Source: Dehalococcoidales bacterium
GTDB lineage: Bacteria; Chloroflexota; Dehalococcoidia; Dehalococcoidales; UBA5760
Assembly (NCBI GenBank): GCA_028717305.1
Contig: JAQUOC010000001.1
Location: forward strand, 1 to 42,560
Length of the DNA: 42,560 nucleotides
Reading direction: 5' to 3'
In this document: piece by piece, positions 27,688-36,008 of the stretch
Layout of the letters: every line of letters begins with the position of its first letter
Position numbering within the stretch: the first letter of the stretch is position 1
Made by a program: the position numbers and the translations under genes
The notes under the pieces: model-generated
Told to the model about the DNA's origin: nothing
Seen by the model: only the letters and a program-made list of their open reading frames with translations
The model's database searches: none

Positions 27688-29076
27688 ATGAACAGAAGAG
27701 AATATATAGCTAGTATAGTGGTTACTATGGCAGGCATAATGGCCTTGTTAATTGCGGGTGTGCTTTTCCAGGAGAAGGGAGCTACAACTGCCGCGGAGCA
27801 GCATCTTCGTCCGAAAGAATGGACGGACGAAACTCACGGTAATGGTGTAGAACCGAACTATGAAATTGTTTTCCCTCAAGATAAGGTTAATCAGATGAAG
27901 ATCACTATTGCTCCGAATGATTGGGAAGCAATGCAGGCAGATCTGACCGAGCTATTAGGTACCCGTGGAACCGGACGCCAAGTTAACGTGAAACCGGAGA
28001 ATCTTATCTGGGTCCCGGCTACCATCGAATTCAACGGCTTGATTTGGAACCACGTTGGTATCCGCTATAAAGGCGCCTCAACACTTATAGACAGCTGGGG
28101 CGGGGGCATGCGGAAAATACCTTTAAGATTCAACTCCGATAAGTTTGAGGATAAATATCCTGAAATCACAAACCAGCGGTTCTACGGCTTCAAGAAGCTG
28201 ACGATGGCAAATTCCATGTTTGACAGCAGTTATATGCGTGACATAATTGCGGCCGACCTTCTGGCAGAGGCAGGGCTGCCAGTTGCCCGGACTGCGTATT
28301 ATGAAATCATCATGGACTATGGTGAAGGTCCGGTTGACTTTGGTTTGTATGTGGTAATAGAGAGCATCGAGGATACAGTCATCGAGCGTTATTTTGGTGA
28401 TAAGTCCGGGAATATCTACAAGCCAGAAGGTGGTGGGGCCAGCCTGGCAGAGGGCACATTCGGTTGGATTCAGCACGGCTTCGTAAAGAAAAACAACGAG
28501 ATCGAGGCCGACTGGAGTGACATCGAAACTCTGTACAACTTACTCCACTCGGAAGGACGCATCTCGGATCCTGAAGCTTGGCGGGAAAGCCTGGAATCGA
28601 TATTCAACGTAGACGTCTTCCTTGAGTGGCTGGCCATCAGTACTATCATCCAGCACTGGGATAGCTATGGTGTCATGCCGAATAATTTCTACCTCTATAA
28701 TGATCCTGACACCGGTCTGCTTACCTGGATATCCTGGGACCACGATGTTATCTTAGGCATCGGTGACGAGATGATAAGCGACGCGTCTCTGGGAAAGAAG
28801 GAGATAGGTCAGGACTGGCCGCTGATTCGCTACCTGCTGGATGATCCAACCTACTACGACCGATACCTGGATTATATTAATGAAACTATTAATGGGCCGT
28901 TCGATCCGGGCAAACTGGAGGTGAAGTGCCGGGCATTGGCGGAATTGATCAACCCTTATGTTGTCGAAGAATCAAGTGAGGCTGCCTTCAACTGGGCTGT
29001 CAAGCAATTGATTGACCGTATTCACTCGCGTTATGAGGTAGCAATTGATTTTCTTACTGATGAGAGAGGCGGTTAA
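27688..29076 (+). CDS. CotH-family protein (atypical kinase fold) with N-terminal membrane anchor
   Basis: 462 aa. N-terminal hydrophobic segment IASIVVTMAGIMALLIAGVLF. CotH-like blocks (KKLTMANSMFDSSYMRD, NFYLYNDPDTGLLTWISWDHD). Confidence 0.78.
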   Translation: MNRREYIASIVVTMAGIMALLIAGVLFQEKGATTAAEQHLRPKEWTDETHGNGVEPNYEIVFPQDKVNQMKITIAPNDWEAMQADLTELLGTRGTGRQVNVKPENLIWVPATIEFNGLIWNHVGIRYKGASTLIDSWGGGMRKIPLRFNSDKFEDKYPEITNQRFYGFKKLTMANSMFDSSYMRDIIAADLLAEAGLPVARTAYYEIIMDYGEGPVDFGLYVVIESIEDTVIERYFGDKSGNIYKPEGGGASLAEGTFGWIQHGFVKKNNEIEADWSDIETLYNLLHSEGRISDPEAWRESLESIFNVDVFLEWLAISTIIQHWDSYGVMPNNFYLYNDPDTGLLTWISWDHDVILGIGDEMISDASLGKKEIGQDWPLIRYLLDDPTYYDRYLDYINETINGPFDPGKLEVKCRALAELINPYVVEESSEAAFNWAVKQLIDRIHSRYEVAIDFLTDERGG

Positions 29077-29077
29077 G

Positions 29078-29857
29078 ATGACGACTCAAGTATATGATGG
29101 TGTGTTGGCTGATAATATCGACGTATTGCCAGAGAGGTTTGAGCGTAAATATTACTTGGTAGCTGGAGAAGTCGGCTTAGCTTACGGTCTTCTACGCCAT
29201 CTTTGTCTTTCGGCCAGTGAGTATCCCTCCGAGCAGATAAACAGTCTTTACTTTGATACGGCCGGACTGGAACAGCATGAAAGGTCTGCTGCCGGTGACT
29301 ATAACAAAGATAAGGTACGTATCCGTTGGTATGGTGAGGATAATGATATCAGTGGAATGCGTAATGTGTTCATTGAACTGAAATCAAGGCGGGGTTTTAC
29401 CAGTACCAAGCAACGGCTAAAGTTATCTGTGTCAGCCATGAGTTTGAATCCGGGTAATCTTATCAGGGGTATTGTTCCCAGAACCCTGCTGATGGATACC
29501 CTGGCCAGATTTGGCTGTTTCCCGCACGAGATGCTTCATCCGGTAATCAAGATATCTTACTGGCGCCGTCGTTTTAGCGAGATTCTGACCGGGCAACGAG
29601 TTTCGCTTGATTGTCATATTCGTTCTTCGATGGTAATGCCGGGAAGAGGTAATGGTGAAAAGGAGCTAGAGTTACCCGGCGGTGTTATCGAGATTAAAGG
29701 ATTGGCTATGGATCTACCTCCCAGTTTAAGCCGAATGAGGATGTTATATTTAGATTGGACCAGATTCTCCAAGTATTCCTCATGTATCGATTCTCACCTT
29801 GAGGAGCCCGGATCTATGGGACGCCTGTCACCGTCAGGGAGAATAACCCAACTATAG
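29078..29857 (+). CDS. VTC-domain (polyphosphate-polymerase/triphosphate-tunnel-like) protein
   Basis: RFERKYYL..., INSLYFDT..., DKVRIRWYGE..., VFIELKSRRG...K.R. matches the bacterial VTC domain pattern. The ATG at 29078 lies 1 nt after the cotH stop. Confidence 0.72.
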   Translation: MTTQVYDGVLADNIDVLPERFERKYYLVAGEVGLAYGLLRHLCLSASEYPSEQINSLYFDTAGLEQHERSAAGDYNKDKVRIRWYGEDNDISGMRNVFIELKSRRGFTSTKQRLKLSVSAMSLNPGNLIRGIVPRTLLMDTLARFGCFPHEMLHPVIKISYWRRRFSEILTGQRVSLDCHIRSSMVMPGRGNGEKELELPGGVIEIKGLAMDLPPSLSRMRMLYLDWTRFSKYSSCIDSHLEEPGSMGRLSPSGRITQL

Positions 29858-29896
29858 TCAGATATGATAACATGGTAATACTATTAGGAGGAATAA

Positions 29897-30556
29897 ATGC
29901 CAGAAGGATTTGATCTATTTGCTTCCTTACCGGAGATGAAAGAAACCATTATACCCCTCGGATTCTCCGTGCTGGGTGCTGTCATTACCTATTTAGTATA
30001 TAATCTGTTTTATGGTTCAAGTCATATCGGGGCCGGTGTACATCGTACCTTTCTTGTCGGTGGCCCCGTTATCACAATGATATTCCTGGTTATCCAAACC
30101 TCTATACCACTCGGTCTTGGACTGCTCGGAGCGCTTGCCATAGTGCGTTTCCGAACGCCGGTAAAAGATCCGGCCGAGATAGGATTCTTGCTTCTGTTGA
30201 TTGCTTCCTCACTTGGAGCCGCTACCAGTAACTACCTGATAACTGCTTTAATGTTTATTATTGTCTTTGCTGCTCTAGGGGTACATAGGTTAATAAGCAA
30301 TCGGATTACTCTCTTGGGAAGAGGACATCTGATGATCGCTGTTGACCGAGGTACTTTTCCATCAATAGAGAAGAAACTGATGGCCTTACTCTCGGAGAAG
30401 CTTCGAGGCTTGAATCTGGAGACTATATCCACGATTGATAATCGGGTTAGCTTAAATTATCAATACAAACGTCGGGCAGATTTCGACTGGTCGGCTTTTA
30501 TAAATGAGTTAAACCAGCTTGCAGGGGGGCCGGGGATTGAGATTTTCGTGAGCTAA
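29897..30556 (+). CDS. DUF4956 membrane protein
   Basis: Multi-TM protein with the block GALAIVRFRTPVKDPAEIGFLLLLIASSLGAA, characteristic of DUF4956. AGGAGG precedes the ATG. Confidence 0.72.
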   Translation: MPEGFDLFASLPEMKETIIPLGFSVLGAVITYLVYNLFYGSSHIGAGVHRTFLVGGPVITMIFLVIQTSIPLGLGLLGALAIVRFRTPVKDPAEIGFLLLLIASSLGAATSNYLITALMFIIVFAALGVHRLISNRITLLGRGHLMIAVDRGTFPSIEKKLMALLSEKLRGLNLETISTIDNRVSLNYQYKRRADFDWSAFINELNQLAGGPGIEIFVS

Positions 30557-30794
30557 TGCCGGCTGAAATCAGAAAGCGCGGGTAGTTGTGGGGGTAAATC
30601 AAGACAGTTGCTATATTGTGCACAGGGTTTCCCTGTATATCCTGGTTTGTTGAGTATCACGTAACTCGGGATTGTTCAGTCCTCTATGTCCAACTATTGC
30701 TTACATTGTGCAAATTGCCCCTTCATCACATAGCCCTACCTATCCACTCCTGGAAGCATGTCAACAAGTCTCATTCTTATCTTATAAGCATATA

Positions 30795-30823
30795 TTGACT
30801 AATTCGATGGCTCATGTTACGAT
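30795..30823 (+). promoter_or_regulatory. putative promoter of the DUF134 operon (-35 TTGACT, 17 nt, -10 TACGAT)
   Basis: Hexamers at 30795-30800 and 30818-30823. The -10 overlaps the left edge of the 30-bp palindrome. Confidence 0.35.
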
Positions 30824-30851
30824 TATTAATGAGCATATGCTCATTAATAAT
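30822..30851. promoter_or_regulatory. perfect 30-bp palindrome, candidate operator
   Basis: ATTATTAATGAGCAT|ATGCTCATTAATAAT; I verified base by base that it equals its own reverse complement. It ends 14 nt before the DUF134 start codon, with GGAGG at 30856-30860. Confidence 0.75.
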
Positions 30852-30865
30852 GGGTGGAGGACTAG

Positions 30866-31360
30866 ATGACCAGACCGCCACGGCCGAGACGAATCGGTTT
30901 TGTGCCGGATGTAACCTACTTTAAGCCGGCAGGAATACCTTTGAGGTTTATGGAAGAGGTATGCGTATCAATGGAAGAGGTAGAGGCATTACGTCTGAAG
31001 GATCTGGGGGGCCTAGACCAGGAGGCCAGTGCGGTCAAGATGAATATATCACGTCCCACGTTTCAGAGAGTCCTTGCCTCAGCCCGGCAAAAGATTGCCG
31101 ATGCTCTCTTAAACGGTAAAGCGATAAGAATTGAGGGGGGTAACTTTGAAATAGCGGCGCTTCGCTTACGATGTGTTAACGGGCACGAATGGAATCTGCC
31201 TCCTGAGGCAACGGCTAATACTCCACTCCAGCTCTGCCCTACCTGTAACACGCCGAATATCGTTAATTACCATAACCCTCAGTTGGTGCAGGCACATCGC
31301 GGCAGGCATCGCAGAGGGAGATATAACCGTGAAATAACGGGGGACCTTGAATTGGAATGA
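30866..31360 (+). CDS. DUF134/UPF0251 (COG1342) predicted DNA-binding protein with C-terminal Cys/His extension
   Basis: PRPRRIGFVPDVTYFKPAGIPL...EEVEALRLKDLGGLDQEASAVKMNISRPTFQRVLASARQKIADAL is the family signature. The extension carries C-x4-H...CPTC. Confidence 0.8.
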   Translation: MTRPPRPRRIGFVPDVTYFKPAGIPLRFMEEVCVSMEEVEALRLKDLGGLDQEASAVKMNISRPTFQRVLASARQKIADALLNGKAIRIEGGNFEIAALRLRCVNGHEWNLPPEATANTPLQLCPTCNTPNIVNYHNPQLVQAHRGRHRRGRYNREITGDLELE

Positions 31361-32079
31361 AGATTCTTGATGATTTGATTTCAGTACTCAATACGGAAGT
31401 CGAGTTGAAAGATATTCGGCAGGGATTCTTTCACACCGCGGTTTTGACCGATCGTTGCGGCCTGGCGGCTACTCTACCGAAAGATGTGATAAAGCAGGAT
31501 AACCCCTGGGTGGAGGAACCCGGATTTTTACTTAACAAGAGCGTTTCGGAGGTTGTGAAAATGGCCTATTCCGAAAGGCTCCTTGAGGCTTCTATTGGAA
31601 TGGCAGCTATCAATTCACTTCTTGAAATTGATGAGAACCGCTGTGAAGATTTGAATGCCGGTGATCTCATCGCTGAAAAAGGACAGGGGAAAAGGATAAC
31701 CATTGTAGGCCATTTCCCATTTATACCAAAACTACGGGAGGTGGCAAGCATCCTCTGGGTAATCGAAAAGAACCCTGAGGAAGGAGACGCTAGCGAATCC
31801 GAAACCGGAAACTGTATTCCCCGGTCCGATGTGGTAGGTATTACCGGGACTGCTTTTACCAACCACACTATCGAAAGTTTACTGAAGATGTGCCGCCCGG
31901 GAGCATATGTGGTAATACTGGGGGATACCGCACCTCTATCGCCGTTACTATTTGATTACGGTATAAGTGCTATATCGGGCACGAAGGTAGTTGATCCGGC
32001 ACTGACTTTGAGATGTATTAGCCAGGGTGCAAACTACCGGCAGATCAAGGGGGTCAGGAAACTCACCATGGTGAGGTGA
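31357..32079 (+). CDS. DUF4213/DUF364 protein (Rossmann-like, putative metal-chelation family)
   Basis: 240 aa. N-terminus ...DIRQGFFHTAVLTDRCGLAATL, then ITIVGHFPFIPKL... Its start overlaps the DUF134 stop in ATGA (31357-31360). Confidence 0.65.
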   Translation: MKILDDLISVLNTEVELKDIRQGFFHTAVLTDRCGLAATLPKDVIKQDNPWVEEPGFLLNKSVSEVVKMAYSERLLEASIGMAAINSLLEIDENRCEDLNAGDLIAEKGQGKRITIVGHFPFIPKLREVASILWVIEKNPEEGDASESETGNCIPRSDVVGITGTAFTNHTIESLLKMCRPGAYVVILGDTAPLSPLLFDYGISAISGTKVVDPALTLRCISQGANYRQIKGVRKLTMVR

Positions 32080-32080
32080 G

Positions 32081-32554
32081 ATGATGGTAAACCAACTAGC
32101 TAAGGCACAACATAACATGGGTGATGGGTTAGGCCAGCGTAGTACAGGGCAGCGCCAGTTGATTCTAAAGATCATTCAGAGGTCTAACAAGTATCTTTAT
32201 GCTGATCAAATCTACGAAAAGGCCCGACAAGAATTACCCGGTATCAGTCTGTCTACAGTGTACCGTAATCTTCAGCTGTTTAGAGATTGGGGTATTGTTG
32301 CAAAGCATCAGTTTGATGGTAAGCGGTGGAGTTACGAAAGCGCTGCTAAATCAAAGCATCAACACATGGTGTGTTTAGGCTGTGGCAGAGTGTTCCCGTT
32401 CCAGTGTCCATTAGCCGAGAGTATCCAGGCCAGGATAGGTGCAGAGGCAGGTTTTAAGGTGACTGATGCCAATGTCCATCTGACCGGCTACTGCCCGGAT
32501 TGTCAACAGAGGCTGATTGGTAATGACGGCAGTGTCAAAGAGGATAGTGATTAA
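32081..32554 (+). CDS. Fur-family metalloregulator
   Basis: The DNA-binding helix ISLSTVYRNLQLFRDWGIV, HQHMVCLGCGRVFPF and LTGYCPDCQ give a CxxC...CxxC structural zinc site. The ATG is 1 nt after the preceding stop. Confidence 0.85.
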   Translation: MMVNQLAKAQHNMGDGLGQRSTGQRQLILKIIQRSNKYLYADQIYEKARQELPGISLSTVYRNLQLFRDWGIVAKHQFDGKRWSYESAAKSKHQHMVCLGCGRVFPFQCPLAESIQARIGAEAGFKVTDANVHLTGYCPDCQQRLIGNDGSVKEDSD

Positions 32555-32629
32555 ATTGATGAGAATATTGTGATCAATGCACATTTCCCCGGTGGTACCG
32601 GAAATAGATTTTTAACAAGGAGGTGGAAT

Positions 32630-32986
32630 ATGGGTAACGGTTTTGGTGGTGGAAGGATAGCCGGACGTGGTCTTGGAGGTGGCATGGGTTTTGGTTTTCG
32701 GGGAAGCTCTCCTCCCTGGCCCTATGTCGGCATAGGAAGAGGTGGGCTGCCGAGACACGCCTATTTTTTCTCTGGTGCGGCCGCTGCGCCGGCTTTCTAT
32801 CCCCAAAGATTCGTAGCAGGACAGGGTTACGGTGTAGGGGCGTCGGGTTTTAGCAGCTATCCTTACGCTTCAGGACTATCTCCGGAGCAAGAGATTGATT
32901 CTCTAAGGAACCAGGCTGAAACGATTAGCGAGCAACTGGAGCAGATTGGGAAGCGGATTCATGATTTAGAAAGCGAGAAGCAATAA
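32630..32986 (+). CDS. DUF5320-type Gly-rich protein with C-terminal coiled coil (paralogue 1)
   Basis: MGNGFGGGRIAGRGLGGGMGFGFRG... and C-terminal SPEQEIDSLRNQAETISEQLEQIGKRIHDLESEKQ. AGGAGG precedes the ATG at 32630; the track start at 32570 was trimmed. Confidence 0.68.
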   Translation: MGNGFGGGRIAGRGLGGGMGFGFRGSSPPWPYVGIGRGGLPRHAYFFSGAAAAPAFYPQRFVAGQGYGVGASGFSSYPYASGLSPEQEIDSLRNQAETISEQLEQIGKRIHDLESEKQ

Positions 32987-33008
32987 ATACTTATTAAGGA
33001 GGTGTACT

Positions 33009-33287
33009 ATGCCAGGATTTGATGGAACCGGCCCACGCGGAATGGGTCCGATGACAGGAGGGGGACGAGGTTTCTGCAGCCCATGGGGAATAGGAACAGC
33101 CTATCGCTCGTATGGTGTCGCTCCCAGGGTCGGCTACGGCTATCGGGCAGGGTTGGGATTTAATCCCTATTTCCCCAGCATGACTAAGGAGCAGGAGATT
33201 GATTTCCTGAAGAACCAGGCTCAGGCTATGAAGGGTCAATTGGAGCAAATAGAAGCCAGGATTCAGCAGCTCGATAGCAAGGCTTAA
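33009..33287 (+). CDS. DUF5320 protein (paralogue 2)
   Basis: MPGFDGTGPRGMGPMTGGGRGFC... and TKEQEIDFLKNQAQAMKGQLEQIEARIQQLDSKA. AGGAGG precedes the ATG. Confidence 0.75.
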   Translation: MPGFDGTGPRGMGPMTGGGRGFCSPWGIGTAYRSYGVAPRVGYGYRAGLGFNPYFPSMTKEQEIDFLKNQAQAMKGQLEQIEARIQQLDSKA

Positions 33288-33326
33288 ATGCTGCTTTGAA
33301 TCACTAATGTCAAAAAGGAGTAAATC

Positions 33327-33995
33327 GTGCGAATTGCTATTACAGCTACAGGGCCAACCCTGGATGCTGAAGTGGATCCTCGCTTTGGTCGTTGCCAATA
33401 CTTCATCATCGTTGATCCCGAAACATTGACCTTCGAGGCTATAGAAAACGCTAGCGCCTCTGCACCCGGTGGGGCTGGTGTTTCCACCGGGCAAATGATT
33501 GCCAGTAAAGGAGTAACAGCAGTCCTCACCGGAAACTGCGGTCCCAATGCCTATCAGGTTTTGTCTGCTGCCGGAGTACAGGTGTTAACCGGGGTTTCAG
33601 GAAAGATAAAGGATAACATCGAGGAATATAAGTTGGGTACTTTTGCTGCCGCTAAACAGGCTAATGTGGCTGATCATTTTGGTATGAGCTATGGCGGAAG
33701 TACCAGCGGTAGCACGGCCCCGGGTGCTAACATCGGAGAAGGTATAGGAATAGGCCAGGGTATGGGCCGTGGTATGGGTCGAGGTATGGGAATGGGCCGG
33801 GGTATGGGTAAGGGTCGGGGCATGGGGATGGGTTATGGTATGGGAGGTGGCGTGTCACCTTTATCTTCACCCTCACCTCAACCATTAGACCTGCATCAGG
33901 AGATTGAAATGCTTAAGTCCCAATCCCGGGTAATGGTCCAGCAGCTAGCTGAGATCCAGCGCCATATTAATGATTTGGAAAAGAAACAGAAATAG
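33327..33995 (+). CDS. NifX/NifB-C-type (dinitrogenase FeMo-cofactor-binding fold, COG1433) domain fused to a Gly-Met-Arg repeat and DUF5320-type coiled coil
   Basis: MRIAITATGPTLDAEVDPRFGRCQYFIIVD...GVTAVLTGNCGPNAYQVL (NifX-like), then GMGRGMGRGMGMGRGMGKGRGMGMGYGMGGG, then LHQEIEMLKSQSRVMVQQLAEIQRHINDLEKKQK. GTG start after AGGAG. Confidence 0.8.
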   Translation: MRIAITATGPTLDAEVDPRFGRCQYFIIVDPETLTFEAIENASASAPGGAGVSTGQMIASKGVTAVLTGNCGPNAYQVLSAAGVQVLTGVSGKIKDNIEEYKLGTFAAAKQANVADHFGMSYGGSTSGSTAPGANIGEGIGIGQGMGRGMGRGMGMGRGMGKGRGMGMGYGMGGGVSPLSSPSPQPLDLHQEIEMLKSQSRVMVQQLAEIQRHINDLEKKQK

Positions 33996-34021
33996 AAAAT
34001 CTATGAGATGGAGGTTTAGTT

Positions 34022-34252
34022 ATGCCAAGAGGAGATAGAACCGGTCCGCCCGGAGGCGGTGGCCCAGGTAGTGGCAGAGGTATCGGTAGAGGAGGAGGAG
34101 GTGGCGGCAGGATGGGAGGCAGTCGTCCCGGGGCTGGTCCCGGTGGCGATTGTATCTGCCCCAGTTGTAGGGCGCGGCTACCCCATTCAGCGGGGACACC
34201 GTGTTACAACTTAACCTGTCCTAAGTGCGGAGCGAAGATGGTGAGAGGATAG
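34022..34252 (+). CDS. DUF5320-like Gly/Arg-rich N-terminus fused to a CxxC...CxxC zinc ribbon
   Basis: MPRGDRTGPPGGGGPGSGRGIGRGGGGGGRMGG... then CICPSCRARLPHSAGTPCYNLTCPKCGAKM. Its stop abuts the next start (TAGATG). Confidence 0.55.
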   Translation: MPRGDRTGPPGGGGPGSGRGIGRGGGGGGRMGGSRPGAGPGGDCICPSCRARLPHSAGTPCYNLTCPKCGAKMVRG

Positions 34253-35092
34253 ATGATCGTATCGGTAGCGAGTGGTAAAGGGGGAACGGGCAAGACCCTG
34301 GTGGCAACCAGCCTTGCCCTTTCCCTGAAAGATAAACATGATGTGCAGCTTCTTGATTGTGACGTAGAGGAACCTGACGATCATATTTTCATGAAGCCGA
34401 GCATTACAAGTAGTGAAGTAGTCTCCATTCCGGTACCTCAGGTGGATGAGGCAAGATGTACTTACTGCGGTAAATGCGCCGAGGTGTGCGCCTATAACGC
34501 TATCGCCGTGATAACGGATAAGGTGCTTGTTTTTCCTGAACTTTGTCATGGCTGCGGCGCTTGTAGTTACCTCTGTCCTGAGAATGCTATTAAGGAGGTG
34601 GGGAAAGAGATAGGCATCGTGGAGTCGGGTAATGCTGATGGCGTGAAATTCGTTCACGGTAAGCTTTCCATTGGTCAACCTATGGCACCGCCTATTATCA
34701 GAAAAGTTAAAGAGAAAGCTAACAAACAGGGGGTAGTAATTATCGACTCATCCCCGGGTACGTCCTGTCCGGTGGTAGAAGCCATCAGGGGAAGTGACTT
34801 CTGCTTGCTGGTAACCGAACCCACCCCCTTTGGACTAAACGACCTTAAACTGGCTGTTGAAACAGTGAGGAAGCTTGACATACCCTTTGGCATAATCCTC
34901 AACCGTACCGGTGTTGGCGACAATAAAACAGAGGAATACTGCCGCAAAGAGAACATACCAATTCTGATGAAAATACCGCTGGATACCAAAATAGCCCGGC
35001 TTTATTCTCAGGGTATTCCGCTGGTTAAAGGGATTCCTGAGTTCAGGAATGACTTCCTGGGTCTTTTTGACAAGATAGGAGATAACACATGA
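34253..35092 (+). CDS. MinD-superfamily P-loop ATPase with inserted 2x[4Fe-4S] ferredoxin domain (COG1149), copy 1
   Basis: Deviant Walker A SGKGGTGKT, then CTYCGKCAEVCAYNAI and CHGCGACSYLCPENAI, then IIDSSPG. Confidence 0.85.
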   Translation: MIVSVASGKGGTGKTLVATSLALSLKDKHDVQLLDCDVEEPDDHIFMKPSITSSEVVSIPVPQVDEARCTYCGKCAEVCAYNAIAVITDKVLVFPELCHGCGACSYLCPENAIKEVGKEIGIVESGNADGVKFVHGKLSIGQPMAPPIIRKVKEKANKQGVVIIDSSPGTSCPVVEAIRGSDFCLLVTEPTPFGLNDLKLAVETVRKLDIPFGIILNRTGVGDNKTEEYCRKENIPILMKIPLDTKIARLYSQGIPLVKGIPEFRNDFLGLFDKIGDNT

Positions 35093-35961
35093 AGGAACTT
35101 GTGGTACTTAGTGGTAAGGGGGGAACGGGAAAGACCAGTATTGTTGGCTCGTTAGCAGCTATAGCTCAAAATAAAATAATGGCCGACTGTGACGTCGATG
35201 CCGCTGACTTACATCTGCTGCTTGACCCTACGGTTAAAGAAGAATATGAGTTTTGGAGCGGCCGAGTTGCCGTTATCGATGAGGAGAAATGCATCCAGTG
35301 CGGTTTGTGCCAGGATCTGTGCCGTTTCGACGCTATTTCTGACACTATTGATTATTTCAAGATTGACCCGATTGCCTGTGAAGGCTGCAGCTTCTGCTCA
35401 CATCTATGCCCGGTCGAAGCGATTTCTATGGAAGACAACCTGTCTGGATATTGGTTTGTATCGGATACCAGGTACGGACCGCTGGTCAATGCTCGCTTAG
35501 GCATCGCCCAGGAGAATTCCGGCAAACTGGTAGCGCTGGTCAGGCAGCAAGCCAGGAAGATCGCTGAGAATAATAAACTTGACTATATCATCAGTGATGG
35601 CCCGCCCGGTATCGGCTGTCCGGTTATTTCATCATTGTCCGGTGCCAGCCTGGCGCTTCTGATCACCGAACCGACACTGTCAGGGATACACGACTTAGAG
35701 AGAGTACTTCAGGTCTGCAATCACTTTGGCGTGCCTTCTCTAACCTGTATTAATAAGTATGATCTTAACGAGGATAATACGAAAAATATCGAAGATTACT
35801 GCCTGAAACAGGGAGTAGCCGTGGTTGCCAAGATACCCTTTGATAATGTGGTTACCGAATCTATTGTGCAAGGAGTGCCGGTGGTTGAATATTCCGAAGG
35901 CCGGGTTGCCGTTGAGATAAGAGGCCTTTGGCAATGTATAACTGAGACGCTGGCATCATAG
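35089..35961 (+). CDS. MinD-superfamily P-loop ATPase with inserted 2x[4Fe-4S] ferredoxin domain (COG1149), copy 2
   Basis: SGKGGTGKT, CIQCGLCQDLCRFDAI, CEGCSFCSHLCPVEAI, ISDGPPGIGCP. ATGA overlap with copy 1 (35089-35092). Confidence 0.85.
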   Translation: MKELVVLSGKGGTGKTSIVGSLAAIAQNKIMADCDVDAADLHLLLDPTVKEEYEFWSGRVAVIDEEKCIQCGLCQDLCRFDAISDTIDYFKIDPIACEGCSFCSHLCPVEAISMEDNLSGYWFVSDTRYGPLVNARLGIAQENSGKLVALVRQQARKIAENNKLDYIISDGPPGIGCPVISSLSGASLALLITEPTLSGIHDLERVLQVCNHFGVPSLTCINKYDLNEDNTKNIEDYCLKQGVAVVAKIPFDNVVTESIVQGVPVVEYSEGRVAVEIRGLWQCITETLAS

Positions 35962-36008
35962 TGACTAAGTGATAGGGTATTTTAGAAAATATTTAAGGGG
36001 AATGAAAG

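Noticed and set aside
30822-30851. Calling the 30-bp palindrome a canonical Fur box
   Set aside because: It does not match GATAATGATAATCATTATC or the 7-1-7 TGATAAT-N-ATTATCA geometry. I report it only as a candidate operator of unknown specificity.
30616-30869. Two 60-65-aa ORFs in the gap before the DUF134 gene
   Set aside because: They have no RBS, overlap each other, and their peptides are Cys/Leu/His-rich with no recognisable similarity. The region is better explained as promoter/operator DNA (repeats, 30-bp palindrome).
33735-33850. Near-tandem GGTATGGG(N) DNA repeats, checked as a possible CRISPR array or VNTR
   Set aside because: They are in frame inside a gene and encode the Gly-Met-Arg linker. 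No spacer-repeat architecture is present. No CRISPR array was seen anywhere in the window.
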